Below are positions 22,454-34,169 of a DNA stretch of 36,074 nt, piece by piece. The stretch comes from Neophaeotheca triangularis. Its lineage: Eukaryota. Numbering within the stretch: position 1 is the first letter of the stretch; every line of letters starts with the position of its first letter. The notes beneath the pieces were generated by a model. The model ran no database searches. It saw only the letters and a program-made list of their open reading frames with translations, and was not told where the DNA came from. The stretch spans positions 1-36,074 of the forward strand of contig BAAIJX010000106.1 of assembly GCA_054600435.1 (NCBI GenBank). The letters are read 5' to 3'. Both the position numbers and the translations under genes were made by a program.

Positions 22454-23149
22454 ATGGCGCCGACCGAGCCACACCCTTCCACCAACAACACCTCCATCCT
22501 CTCGCCTACCCTCGCCCCCCTAAAACCCGCCTTCCCGTCTCCAACCCCCAAGCCCAACGACCCAACAACGCTCGAAACCCCCGCGATCCAATCCCTCATC
22601 ACCTCCCTCTCCCTAACCCCACACATCGAAGGCGGCTACTTTGTCGAAACCGACCGCGATCCGCAACGCGTACCCAACCCCTTCACCACCGACGCCTCCA
22701 ACAGCAGCTCCCCCTCCTCAACCCGCGCAGCCTCAACCTCAATCCACTACCTCCTAACCCCGGCCTCGCCCCTGGGTCACTTCCACTCCAACCGCGCCCG
22801 CACAGTGCACACCCTACACAAAGGCCGCGGGCGGTACGTACTAATCCACCCGCCTTGGACGCAAGCCGACGGCAGAACCCGCGTGGAAACTTTTCTCGTC
22901 GGCCAAGACGTCGCGGCGGGAGAGAAGCTGCAGTGGGTTGTCGAGGGCGGGGTTTGGAAAGCGACGTTCTTGCTTCCCGATGAGGCTGGGATTGAAGGGA
23001 GTGGGAGCGGGGAGGGCTTGTTGATTTCTGAGACGGTGGTGCCCGGGTTTGAGTACGAGGACCATGATTTCTTGAGTGAGGGGGGGATGAGGGAGTTGGT
23101 CGGGGAGGACGGGGTGGGGGAGTTGGGGTGGTTGGTTAGGAGGGACTGA
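22454..23149 (+). CDS. DUF985 / Cupin_5 family protein (YML079W-like), 231 aa
   Basis: LSLTPHIEGGYFVETDR, STSIHYLLT...GHFHSN..RTVHTLHKG, GEKLQWVVEGGVWKA, LISETVVPGFEYEDHDF. Confidence 0.92.
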   Translation: MAPTEPHPSTNNTSILSPTLAPLKPAFPSPTPKPNDPTTLETPAIQSLITSLSLTPHIEGGYFVETDRDPQRVPNPFTTDASNSSSPSSTRAASTSIHYLLTPASPLGHFHSNRARTVHTLHKGRGRYVLIHPPWTQADGRTRVETFLVGQDVAAGEKLQWVVEGGVWKATFLLPDEAGIEGSGSGEGLLISETVVPGFEYEDHDFLSEGGMRELVGEDGVGELGWLVRRD

Positions 23150-23640
23150 GGTCGGAGACGAAGGTGGAAGGGTTTGGCTTTTTGTTGGAATGATCTACGC
23201 GTGTTGATGAACCGATTCGCGTTCGAGGGACAGGAGCTGGAATCTCGGTGGTGCATTGAAATGGGCAGTGCTTCGTTGCTTTGGACGGGGAATAGCAAGG
23301 GATAGAACGCCGCGGTTACAACGATAGATGGCTAGAAGATACAGACGTGGAAACTTAAATGCGATGATAAGGTATTCCAGCTGTGGAATCAATACGTGGC
23401 AATATTGTGCCGTTCAAAGGGTATCTATAAGTCGTCGTCTGCCAACTCTGCAGCAGGCCATGACAATGGTGTGTCCAGCCCTTCTAACAATCATTATCAC
23501 ACGCTGCATGCAAGCGCCGGCCCGTTGCCCCAAAACGCCATTTCAATGCATGTCCAAACACCCAAACGCTAAATGCCAGACAGTTTCTCTCCTCGGATTC
23601 CCATTCAACGTCCGTTCTCGGTCTCATTTCTCTTTCTCAT

Positions 23641-23784
23641 TCAAACATCCTCCCCACTGGTCGAGCTAGCTCCATTCTTTCTCCTCCGAAACCCGTTCTG
23701 TGCCCAGTAGATGAGAAACCCTATTATCGCTAGGACGATGAAGAGGACGAGGATGATGACGAAGATGACGATGTTGCGTTCCAT
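23641..23784 (-). CDS. Small single-pass membrane protein, 47 aa (below the ORF-track cutoff)
   Basis: MERNIVIFVIILVLFIVLAIIGFLIYWAQNGFRRRKNGASSTSGEDV*. A-rich start context (acacaaagATG), C-ending codon bias, and a ~23-residue hydrophobic helix followed by a basic cluster. Confidence 0.7.
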   Translation of the reverse strand: MERNIVIFVIILVLFIVLAIIGFLIYWAQNGFRRRKNGASSTSGEDV

Positions 23785-26364
23785 CTTTGTGTCGCGGTTT
23801 GTGTCTGCGTCTGGTCGGGGAGATTGTTTGTGGTGGTGTGGTAGGGTGGTGGTTGCTTGGAGTTTGGGAAAGCTGGGGGAGGGATTCGGTCCGCCGGTGG
23901 TCGCAGAGGGTTGGCTGCGTCGGTGATGGGTGGTGGAGAGGTGGGAGCTTGGTTACGGTGGTTCGCTGGGTTTGGAATCGATGCGATGTTGCTCAGAGTG
24001 GTTGTCCTGGCTTCAAGGTCGTGATTGAGTTGGGTCTTTGCGAAGGGTTCGACCGGGTTGTTGCCTCTCCGTCGCTATGCTTCCTCCGTCGAAGGAGTCG
24101 CAGCAGTCGATAGAACTGGGATAGATCTCGACTGATACAATGCTGCAATTCTGCAATGCTGATGCCAGCAAAAGTATAGTACGTCCAAACAATCAAGGAT
24201 ATGTACAACAGCGTCCTCTAGTGATGATGGTTTATGACGATGAGGATGCCGACGAGTGATGAGGTGAAAGCTAAAAGAGAGAAGACGAGCAAAGAGAAGT
24301 GCAAGTTGCGGGCGGGTACTTGGGTTTTTGTCGTATCTCGTCGTGGTCTATGCATGAAGAAGGTGCCCGTGTGGTGTGTAATAACTTAGGCATACTGCGT
24401 GGTTGGGGATTTGCTGATGTGGCAGAAGCTGGGAGGAGGCTGGGGGATGGATGGCTGGGCGAGCGGGAAAGGAGTTTGTAGCATCATCGTCATGTTTCAT
24501 TTGACGAGCATTTTCTTGCCTGATTCTGGTTTGAAATGTGCTTATTACTGCGTTTCTCCCGGCCTGGGATAGGAGGTACAATCCGACTTGAATTCCAATG
24601 TCATGCTGTGTTTGATCTTAACAACCTGAAGACGGGGAGGGTAAGGTATCTACCTTGACCTTGAGGTGGGAAGCGTTGCGGGGTGCAGCAAACGGCTTTC
24701 TCTTGGCATAAGGTACTGCCCCTAAAGGTTCTTCTTCCCTGTCATTCCCCGAGCTCGACCATTCCAAATGACCGACATCGACACTTCTCTCGACCATTTC
24801 ATCTGTACAAACTGATTATTCCCCGGCCTTGAAGCTGGTCGACATCCATCGTAGGCATTTATGGCTCGAGCGAAGACTCCTTGGAACAGTTGTCTACCCA
24901 CCAGGATCTGGGCTTGATTTTCCACCTCAATGAAGGCGAACCCTCCGACAGAGGTACTGGCCAAGGCATCTTATCCTTGCCCGAGATGCGATTCACCTCG
25001 CAACGCATAAGCCACCATTCGAATCGCCACTTGTCGAGATATCTCGGCTGAAGTTTCCGTTCGCCAACAGAATCCATCTTCACCACACCAGCCCACTTCC
25101 AAAGCATGGGCCGGACGACTCATCTGTAGTTCGGCTGTCCTGCTCATGGCATGGACGCAACGCAAGCGTGACCGACCTCGTCACTGGGTTCTGCAGCTTT
25201 GAACGATGGGGATATGTCGTCTTTTTGCTGTGGGCGAGCCTTGCGCCGTTCCACGCCGCGTCTTACCATCTGCTTCTTCGTTGAAAGCTGACTTTGCTCT
25301 GGATTCTCGGCCTGTGCGGTTCTTGGGACATCGAAAGCTGTGATTGCTCATGAAGTGGGGAATACAAGTCGTGTCGAAACTAGGACTCACGTTGAACTCG
25401 GATAGCTCGTGGGAGACCTCTCTCTTCAAACACAACCCCTAGCACGAGCGCATCGCTGCCTCTACAAGGTAAATGTAGCATTACATGGCTCATCCGAGTA
25501 ATGGAATGCTGTTCTTCCATTCTTCGAGACCTTTGTCGTGAGGTTTAAGAACGCCGCTCGACCCGTCAGATTAGTATGTGTAGATTCGTGCACTTTGAAA
25601 GGATTTTCATATCAGCCGTAAGTTCTCCATGGCGTTGCTCCTCTTCAAATCATGAGGCCTTCAGCCTTCAGCATCAGCAAGCCTGGTCTTGGGTTCCTAC
25701 TTTGCGACGACCAACGGCCTACAAAATGGGGCAATGATCTCGTTCGACAAGCACCCAGGCCATGGCATCCAAAGCTAACGACAAGCAATTAAAGAAGCCT
25801 CACAAGCCGCTCGCACGCCGAGGCTTGAAGATGCATTTCTTTACGAAATGTTACTGCGGGTCCTTTTCACTTTCCCATTCCGCCGAAGACTAAGCTTCCG
25901 GTCTATCTTTGCTTGTTACGGTAGGCAAGCTCAAATAAGGTTGACCAAGCGCGTCCTTCTCCGCAGAGACTCTCCTTCTACCCCACGGCTCCTCCACAAT
26001 TGATCAACCAAGTGGACGAGTCACCTCTCTTTGCACTTGTTCGTATCAGAGTCTTACACCAAATCTGCTTCGGCATCTCGCATTTGGGGAACTAAGTGTC
26101 CGCGAGGCCTCCGGCTTAATACTCTCTGTACCTCTTACAGTTTGATGATGCTGCCTAGAGAAGCGGATCTGTGAGTTTCCTCCTGGGACGACACCAGCTG
26201 ACGATCTCGTCTTTCTAAAGACAACGCTTTCCGCTCCCCCATTGGCGCTTCCTGTCGTGCGTTACCTACCCTCTCCCACCCTTCCCTCGTCGCCTTTCTC
26301 TCTCAATCTCTCTCCTCCGTCTCTACCACCCGTCACTCACCCCTCGAACTTCTACTCGCTCACT

Positions 26365-27404
26365 ATGGCCGCCTCATCATCCTCCTCCCCGTCGGCCTCC
26401 CACAAAGACCCAGACCCAGCCGACAGCCACAAAGAAGACCAAGACATTGGCCCCTACGGCTACGGCGGCTATCCACTCTACGCACCGGCCACAAATGAAA
26501 CCACCTCAACGCGCCTACCAGCTTATGGCAGCGCATTGCAACCGGGTCTCTACACACCCTCGCCGCGAAAAATCGGCAACCCCGTACCCCTAGGTCTCTC
26601 AGGCTTCGCACTGACAACCTTCCTCCTCTCCTGCGTCAACCTCGGCGTCATCAACGAACCCTACATCGTCGTCGCGCCCTCCTACGCCTACGGAGGTCTC
26701 GTACAACTCCTAGCCGGGATGTGGGAATTTGCTCTGGGCAACACTTTCGGCGCGACAGCTCTATCTTCCTACGGCGGTTTCTGGATCAGCATCGGCATCA
26801 TCCTCCAACCAGGCGGGGGCTTCCAAATCGCGCAGAGTTATACTGGGACAGATTTCGATACGGCTTTTGGTTTGTACATTTTCGGCTGGTTCATCTTCAC
26901 TTTTATGCTTTGGTTGATGACGCTGAGAAGTACGGTCTTTTTTTCGAGTCTTTTTGGTACGGTGTGGATTGCTTTCATCTGTCTTGGGGCCGCGTATCTC
27001 GATGCGGCAAATAATGAGACTGGGGCGCCGAATGTGCCGCTTACGAGGGCTGGAGGGGCGTTTGGTATGATTGCGGCTTTTATTGCAGTGAGTTGCATCT
27101 TATTTTCTCCCCTTTTCTTGTTCGGGATGTCGTTTTGCTTGGAGATGAAGCGAGATGGCTGCCATCCTTACACCCGTCCCCCTCTTCTCTTCCTTCTTCT
27201 ATTCCCGCTCTGTCGCGGTTAAGACATTCTCGTCAACTGTACTAATACCTGAGCTTTCAGTGGTACCTCTGCCTCGCGGGTCTCCTCGACGACGGCAACA
27301 GCTTCTTCACGATACCCGTGTTTCACTTTCCGTGGAGCGAGAAGGGCAGGGAGAGCAGGAACAAGAAGAGGGAGGCTAAAGAGGAGAATGGACACAATGT
27401 TTGA
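26365..27404 (+). CDS. GPR1/FUN34/YaaH (Ady2/AcpA-like) acetate transporter; exons 26365-27087, 27261-27404; 288 aa
   Basis: Signature GNPVPLGLSGFALTTF, YGGLVQLLAGMWE, NTFGATALSSYGGFW. Intron gtgagt...actaat...cag (27088-27260), then WYLCLAGLLDDGNSFFTIPVFHFPWSEKG. Confidence 0.94.
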
Positions 27405-28181
27405 GGTCTTGCTTTCCATGAATTTTGAGAGTGTGCAATCTCTCTGGCGTGGACTACTTCCTGGTTTGAGGGTAAGAGCCGCTTGTTATGCTCGGCCTTG
27501 TTGACCTAAGGTACCCTTGAGATGGGACACGTATGTATACGAAATTTGTCATTGCTTCAAGGCATCATTGTCTCTGTAGAAAGGCTACGCTCGGAAGACG
27601 AGGCAGACAATACCAGAGACTGTTGATACTGGGAACCTTGGGACTAATACACGCACTTGGCTGCCTCAGGCATCAAAGACTATTCAGCCGCCACAACTCT
27701 TCACTCATCAAACCCCCCGATAGTCACTGTCAGGGTGTCGACAGTCCATCAAACCTCATCAATCGCATCCCCCGAACCCAACTAACAATGTCGATGATCC
27801 GATAATGAATACAGCCCAAACAAAAGCTACTGTCACCGCCAATCCGGTAACTCCAGACAAATCATGACGCCAATGACGCCCTCCGTCTCGTTCCAGCTTC
27901 CACTCGTTCATCGAAGCTTGGGCCGTTTTCGTTCCATCATGTGGTAGTCCAAGAATCAATGTCTTGAGATCATCATCGTGCGTAATGTAGGTACGTTCAA
28001 GGCGGTTGTTGTGGTTGATGATGACGATGCTGGGTGTTTGGCGTACCGTATAGCAGAGTTGGTATAAGTAGAAATGTAGGTCCACGACAACCACTCGACT
28101 CCCATATCATCAGCAAACCTATTCAGCCCTCCAAACCCACCCAAAACAAGTAGAAGCAAAACAAGAGCAAAGAAAGAAAAC

Positions 28182-28694
28182 ATGGACGGTGATTCCTCCC
28201 ACAAAACCATGACAGCCGGCGCCAGCGCGTAAGCTCCTACCATACCTGCCCATTCTCATACCTCTCTCTCCTCTCAGGATACACCACTGACCGCGTCTTC
28301 GCCGTTTCTGACAGCGCCACCCGCGCCACCGACTTGACCGACGGCATCCACGAGGACGCTAAGAAAGATTTGGGCGGTGCGCCCGCGGGCGAGAAGACTA
28401 CGGGCACTGGCACGAGTGTTTTCGACAAGGGGGGGGCCGTTGGCAGTGCTTTCAAATGTATGTGGTCCTTTCAGCTCGGATGACTAGTGGCGGGAGAGCC
28501 TGGTTCAGGTTGCTGACGCTGAGGTACTCATAGCGGACGGGGCTATTGGCGGTACGGCGGAAAAGGTTGGCGGGCCTTTCTCTTCGTCGGGCGCGGTAGG
28601 GAAGCAGTTCACTGAGCAAGGTGGTATTGGGGGGAGCGTGCAGAGTATGCTTGGACAGGGGGAGAAGAACACTTTTCAAGGGGAGAATAAGTGA
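28182..28694 (+). CDS. Small Gly-rich repeat protein (~116 aa); exons 28182-28228, 28315-28457, 28534-28694
   Basis: Two canonical introns (gtaagc...ctgac...cag; gtatgt...gctgac...tag) join into one frame: ...SVFDKGGAVGSAFKSDGAIGGTAEKVGGPFSSSGAVGKQFTEQGGIGGSVQSMLG.... Not present in the ORF track. Confidence 0.82.
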
Positions 28695-29296
28695 GGGAGT
28701 TTAAGCTTGATATGAAAGTGTACGATTAACGGCAGAATCCGAGGTTTACGTCCTTTATTTACGTCCTTTATTTATTACCTGAATCCTAGCTTGACGGTTT
28801 CGTTCGCTTTTCGCTCCTGAATGATGATTATCTTGGGTTGCCGGTGAGATCTCGCCAGCGAGACTGTCTTGGTCCGGGTCTCCATCTCTACGCTTGAGTG
28901 GCTTTTCTTTGTGTTTCCGACATTTCAATGGCGCGTGGCATCTTCGATTTTTGGTTGCAAGTTCGAAGTTGTCGAGTTACCAGGCAATGGGCGATTGCTC
29001 CTAATACCATAGGCGAGAGATCGCTATACGTGCCAAGACTTGGGATAGCTCCTCCCAGCTGTAGCTCGTAAAAGATTGCGACTTCACAATCTCCAGCTCT
29101 TGTCTCCTCGCTACGCCAATCTTCGGATCTCTTCAGATTCACGTCGCTACAATCTCGGAATGCCTGCCAACTAGAGAGAGCTCCTTCAAAGTCCCATCGC
29201 CACGCATAGACTGCTGCATTGCAACAGGCGCATTTCGAACCGAGGACTCCTCACCACCATTACCCGAAGCGTCTTCGAGAGCGTTCGAGGACAAAC

Positions 29297-31369
29297 ATGG
29301 CCGACACAGCGACACAACACATCAGAGACGACAATAGCAACAATAACAACAATACCAACAACCCAAACAGCAATGCCACTGCCGCCTCAACCCCCGGCTC
29401 TGACGGTGGTGGGCCAGGCGGCACCAAAGTCGCCAAAGATCGCAACTGTCCTTTCTGTGGACAAGCCTTCACCTCAAGCAGTCTCGGTCGCCACCTAGAC
29501 CTCTACATCAAACCAAAGAACCCAAAACCACCGGACGGCGTTCACGACTTGGCTGAGATTCGCAAGCTGCGCGGCGGCATCACGCGCAGACAGCCACGCG
29601 CGAGCTTGAGGGCAGCAGGGACTAGCGACGATGGCGAGGTGACGGCTGGTGGGACCCCTAAGAGTGCATCCCTGCAGTCAGGGAAGAGAACGTGGGAGCA
29701 GCGATGGAGCGACAGCGGGAATGCAATGCCTTCACCTGAACCGCAAAGCGCGAGGGAACAGACGGCGCCCCGGTACAACAATGTGAATGCGCCCAACTGG
29801 CAGGCTACAGGGGTGATCAACAATCTCCCACCAAGAGCGCCTTCGAGGAGTAATGGAAACACACCTGCACCTCAGCAACAGAGTAGTCAGGCGCAGAGGA
29901 TTCAAGACATGCGCCGCGATGGTGCTGGGAACAGGACACAGCGACCTGGCGAATTTGAGCGTGACGATACGCGTAAATTGCAAGAGTCGGTCGAGACTGG
30001 TCGTGCGGCGGAGTTGGCTTTGCGGGAGGTGTTGGGTAGCTTGGATGCAGCAAGGACTCGCACGCAGCCAAAGTTACTTTTCGAGAACTTCGACTTCTTC
30101 TCCCTGACCTTTGGCGGTCTATGCTTGGCCATTTTGCCACAACCGAGCACCCTCTTCAGCGCAACGCCTTTTGCCTCGCCAGACTCTTGCACCATCCAAC
30201 CTCCCGGCAAAATGCAGCTCGACGTGCTCACGCGTCTAGTATGGGAGCGTGTTGTCCAGCGAAGGAACGGCTCGCACGAGAATCGCCACCTCTACAGCAA
30301 CTCGGACGTCTTCAAACATCAGACTCACGTCCAAGGCGCTTGGGAACATTGGGCCAACATGGGAGAAAGCCAGCGTCACGAAGCCTGGACAATCGAGTGC
30401 CTGCGCGCCTTCTCTCAATCTCAACAACACGTCGCCCGCTTGCAAACCCAACTAGCCGAAAGCGAACAACGCGTTGTACATCTCGAAGCCGAATACGACC
30501 GACTAAGCAAATGCCAACTCCCACGCGAAAACCTTCTCGGCCTTCCCCAAACAACCTTCATCTCCGACCCCTTTGTGCGCGAACTCAACAAAGCCAACCG
30601 CCCAGTACCACGAACGTCAAATCAAATCCCCAACCCCTCCGACACCACTCCAACTTCCTTCGACCCCGAAGCTCTCCTGACAAAATGGCGCAACATCGTC
30701 CGCACATCCTCGCGCCACCACCAACAACCCCACCTCAACAACCCAGCCTCCACGCGCTCCCACGCTTGGAACTCCCCAATTCCTTCCGCCTCGAACCCGC
30801 CCAAGAACCGCGCTCCTGCTGAAGAAATCGGTGGGGCGATGATCATGTCTGGCAGCATTTTCAATGTCAATGGCGCCATGCCGAGGCAGGGTGATGATGC
30901 CGTTAACCCTGGGACTGACAATTATCAGTCTCATGGCCGTGATTACGGGAGAAGAGCGATTGGTGCTGCTGCTAGGGGAGGTAATTGGGGAGGTGGCTCG
31001 GGTTGGGGGAATGAGATTGTCGATTATCAGACTCCCGTTAATCCTGGGACTGTTGTGGGTTCTGTGGGAGATCCTGAAGGGGAAGGGGAGGAAGATGACC
31101 TGGCTGGTGGAGGAGCAAGGAAAGGACGTGGGTTTGCTGGAGGACGTGGGGCGGGTGAGAATGGTGGAAATGGCGGTGGGGTTAATGTTGGTGCTGACGA
31201 GGACGATGATGAGGATGCTGAGGGTGAGGAGGAGGACGGTGATGGTAGTGGTCCTTTTGATGAGTACCTTGGGAGGAGAAATGGGAGTGCCGCTGCTAAT
31301 GCCAATGGCAAAAGGCCTTTAAGTGGGGATATGAGGGGTAGAGGTTCGAAGGTTGCGAGGGAGAGGTAG
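29297..31369 (+). CDS. Conserved fungal hypothetical protein (~690 aa) with N-terminal CPFC...H zinc-finger-like motif and a coiled coil
   Basis: Long intact ORF; ATG 29297 in acaaacATG context. Motif KDRNCPFCGQAFTSSSLGRHLDLYIKPKNPKPPDGVHD...IRKLRGGITRRQ, then NWQATGVIN, GRAAELALREV and a coiled coil near HLEAEYDRLS. Confidence 0.85.
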   Translation: MADTATQHIRDDNSNNNNNTNNPNSNATAASTPGSDGGGPGGTKVAKDRNCPFCGQAFTSSSLGRHLDLYIKPKNPKPPDGVHDLAEIRKLRGGITRRQPRASLRAAGTSDDGEVTAGGTPKSASLQSGKRTWEQRWSDSGNAMPSPEPQSAREQTAPRYNNVNAPNWQATGVINNLPPRAPSRSNGNTPAPQQQSSQAQRIQDMRRDGAGNRTQRPGEFERDDTRKLQESVETGRAAELALREVLGSLDAARTRTQPKLLFENFDFFSLTFGGLCLAILPQPSTLFSATPFASPDSCTIQPPGKMQLDVLTRLVWERVVQRRNGSHENRHLYSNSDVFKHQTHVQGAWEHWANMGESQRHEAWTIECLRAFSQSQQHVARLQTQLAESEQRVVHLEAEYDRLSKCQLPRENLLGLPQTTFISDPFVRELNKANRPVPRTSNQIPNPSDTTPTSFDPEALLTKWRNIVRTSSRHHQQPHLNNPASTRSHAWNSPIPSASNPPKNRAPAEEIGGAMIMSGSIFNVNGAMPRQGDDAVNPGTDNYQSHGRDYGRRAIGAAARGGNWGGGSGWGNEIVDYQTPVNPGTVVGSVGDPEGEGEEDDLAGGGARKGRGFAGGRGAGENGGNGGGVNVGADEDDDEDAEGEEEDGDGSGPFDEYLGRRNGSAAANANGKRPLSGDMRGRGSKVARER

Positions 31370-32031
31370 AGGATGTTGTTGAGGGGGATGTTGATTAGAA
31401 GACGAATGACCACGACTAGAGCATGGGTCTGATAAGGCTACTCCCTTTTGAACGACACACCGGTGAATTGGGCGACCCGCGAAGATCCCCTTACTATCGG
31501 ATCAATCGTAAAATGGAATGTCTCACTATCCATATCTCGTTAGTTGGCAGCAGTGATCGCTTTGAACATTCGGGATCCCTTGGGAACTTGGCAGGTATGC
31601 TGGATCTTGTCCCTGGCGACGCCGTCCTGTGATCACGCGTGTCGTTTCGATCACTCTGGGGCACTTTGAAATCAGCAGTGCAACGATAACTCTACTACGA
31701 GTGTTGTTGAATTGTGAATATGACCTCTTGTTGCAAAACCCCTACGTAACGCAAAGTCAAGAGTGTCACAACTTCAAAGCAGTCGCGTCGTAACAACAAT
31801 GTAATTGTGCCGCATTCCTCCACCCACGCGCTCGGGACCGCTTCAAAAACAACACTGGCAAGTTCAAACCTCCCTTCCCGATATCTTGGAAGCTTCTTCT
31901 CCTCTAAATCGCATCTCGCCCCTCAACTTTCGAGCGAACAACTTGTTTCCCAAGTTCAACATTTCACCCTACCACTGACGAAGAAAGTCACCAATCACCC
32001 ACCCACAAACTTCCTCTCAACCACCATAATC

Positions 32032-33620
32032 ATGCCCAGCAACTCTATCCTCTCAACCGCTTTCCTCGCCCTCTTAACCCTCCCCTCCCTCCCCGTTCCC
32101 GTCCTCGCGGATTTCCCGAAAAACTTCGCCTCCTTCACCGTCAGCCGACTACCCGTCCCCGGCGACAAGAGCCCACCCGCCGACCTGAAAGTTGTCGACA
32201 ATGTGATTGGGCTCAAGAGGGGTAAGGGCAAGGGGACAACGCCTAGTGCTGAGATTGTCGAGGCTATGCGGAGGGGCAAGGATTTGAGGGGGATTTATAA
32301 TCGGGTCGCTGTGAGTTTGCTCTTCTTGAGTTACAATTTTATAGGGGTGGTTAGAGTTGTGATTGGATTGTGGGGTTTCCGGGGCTAGGGATAGAAGATG
32401 AGCTGGAGATGGGCTTGTCGTTGCGTTTGAGATACCGTTGCTGCCCAGAGCTTGCCAGCTGACATTGCTTTAATCAGTACGCCGAAGCTCCTCTTATCAG
32501 CGTGCAAGCGGGGTCTATCTTTCTGGCCGAAGCGACAATAGGAGGCAACGAGTACTCTTTCGTTGTCGACACCGGCTCTTCAGACCCTTGGGTTGTACGC
32601 AACGATTTCACCTGCCTCGATGTCACCAACGATGCCGAGCTCGACCCTGAACTCTGCTACTTCGGTCCTACATACGACCCAACCCTCTCTCCTACTTACC
32701 GACCCTTTCCTGACCACAACTTCAACATCTCCTACGCTGCTGGTGAAAGGCTCAACGGTATCATGGGCTATGAAGAGTTCACCATGGCAGGCATTACCGT
32801 CCCAAACCAAGCCTTTGGCATCGTCGACCAAGCAGCCTGGTACGGTGACGACGTTTCCTCCGGGCTCATCGGTCTTGCCTACCGTGCCCTGACAAACGCC
32901 TACCCAGCTGCCAACCCCTTCCGCACGGGTGCCTCTCTCTACAATCCTCTCTTCACCAACATGTACGAACTCGGCCTCACGGCACCAATTTTCAGCCTAG
33001 CAATCTCTCGCGACGAATCCGAAGGCGGCATCCTAGCCTTGGGCGGAATCCCCTCGATTCCACACTCTTCAACCTTCATCCCAACCCCCATAGTCCCCGT
33101 CGGGATCAACGCCAGCGACGGCACTCTCGTCTACGAATTCTACACCATCACCATCGACGGCTTCGCCTACAGCCGCAACCGCTTCGAGTCGTTCAACCCA
33201 ACCTCTGTCCCCAACGCCCGTCAACGCAGCGTCGTCGGAAACAACACAGCCGTCATCGTCGACAGCGGCACCACTCTCCTCTACGCCCCCGACGACATCG
33301 CCGAAGAAATCATCGCACTCTTCGATCCCCCGGGCTACTTCGACAGCGACTACGACATCTGGTTTGTAGATTGCGACTCGCGGCCACCCAACTTCGGCGT
33401 CATGATTGGTGGCAAAGTCTTTTACGTCAACCCGCTGGATTTGATCTTGCAGATTGGGCCTGGCCAGTGTATTAGTGGCGTGCAGCCGAGTTTTGGAGGG
33501 TATGTGATTTTGGGCGATGTCTGGATGAAGAATGTTTTGGCGGTTTTTGATCTCGGGGCGCAGGAGTTGAGGGTTGCTGCTAGGAGGAATTATCCGCTTG
33601 CTTGGCCTAGTGGGACTTGA
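32032..33620 (+). CDS. Secreted pepsin-like aspartic protease (family A1); exons 32032-32310, 32478-33620; ~473 aa
   Basis: Signal peptide MPSNSILSTAFLALLTLPSLPVPVLA. Catalytic motifs VVDTGSSD and IVDSGTT, plus FNISY, SGLIGLAY and ILGDVWMKN. Intron gtgagt...gctgac...cag (32311-32477). Confidence 0.95.
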
Positions 33621-34169
33621 GTGATTGCCTATTGCTATGTCGCCCTTTCGAGGGAAGAGAAAAGTCCTTAGGGGAAGCGGGATAGGGGGGTTGACGGTAA
33701 AGCAATGGGTGCAGAAAGGCACATGGGAGATTCTCAACGTTACATGTATCGTCCGCGCATTCACGGTCCACAGTAATGTTTGGTGCTCTAGCATTCGGTT
33801 CTAGGAGAATATGGATTTGCCGTTGGCCATAAATACCAAAAGCCCCTGAAGTTCGATTTACAATGGCAGTGTCGCAACATCGTTCTTCTAAGCCACTATA
33901 AAAGAGCACTCACGGGTCCGCACCCCCTTGAACCGATACAACACAACCCTCGGCTCCCCCCGTCGTCCAAAGCACGAAATCGCCCATCTACGCCACGCTC
34001 AAGCTCACGTAAATCCACCAACGACAACCCCCAAGAACACTGCCATCGCCAAAGCACCCCACACTCTCACACCCCAAGCCAGCAACACCAAACCCCTAAT
34101 CTCAAAAGCGTCCGCTCCCCACCATCATCAGGAACACGCAAACAAGAGGGCTAAGACCTCCGGCTCCTC

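Noticed and set aside
24722..25435. Cluster of 64-84 aa minus-strand ORFs
   Set aside because: No coherent splice model or motif. It could be a decayed gene, but the sequence does not support a call.
27759..28094. 111-aa minus-strand ORF with a hydrophobic C-terminus
   Set aside because: Non-ATG start and no recognisable family or supporting gene structure.
28745..28774. 13-bp tandem duplication tttacgtccttta
   Set aside because: Ordinary slippage-type repeat in a 3' flank.
956..33620. Genome-wide UAG reassignment as the explanation for in-frame TAGs
   Set aside because: Intact genes contain no internal TAG, the 690-aa gene terminates at TAG (31367-31369), and the relics also contain TAA stops and frameshifts.
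19730..33620. Secondary-metabolite cluster or Starship element
   Set aside because: No PKS, NRPS or terpene synthase backbone and no tyrosine-recombinase captain gene in the window.
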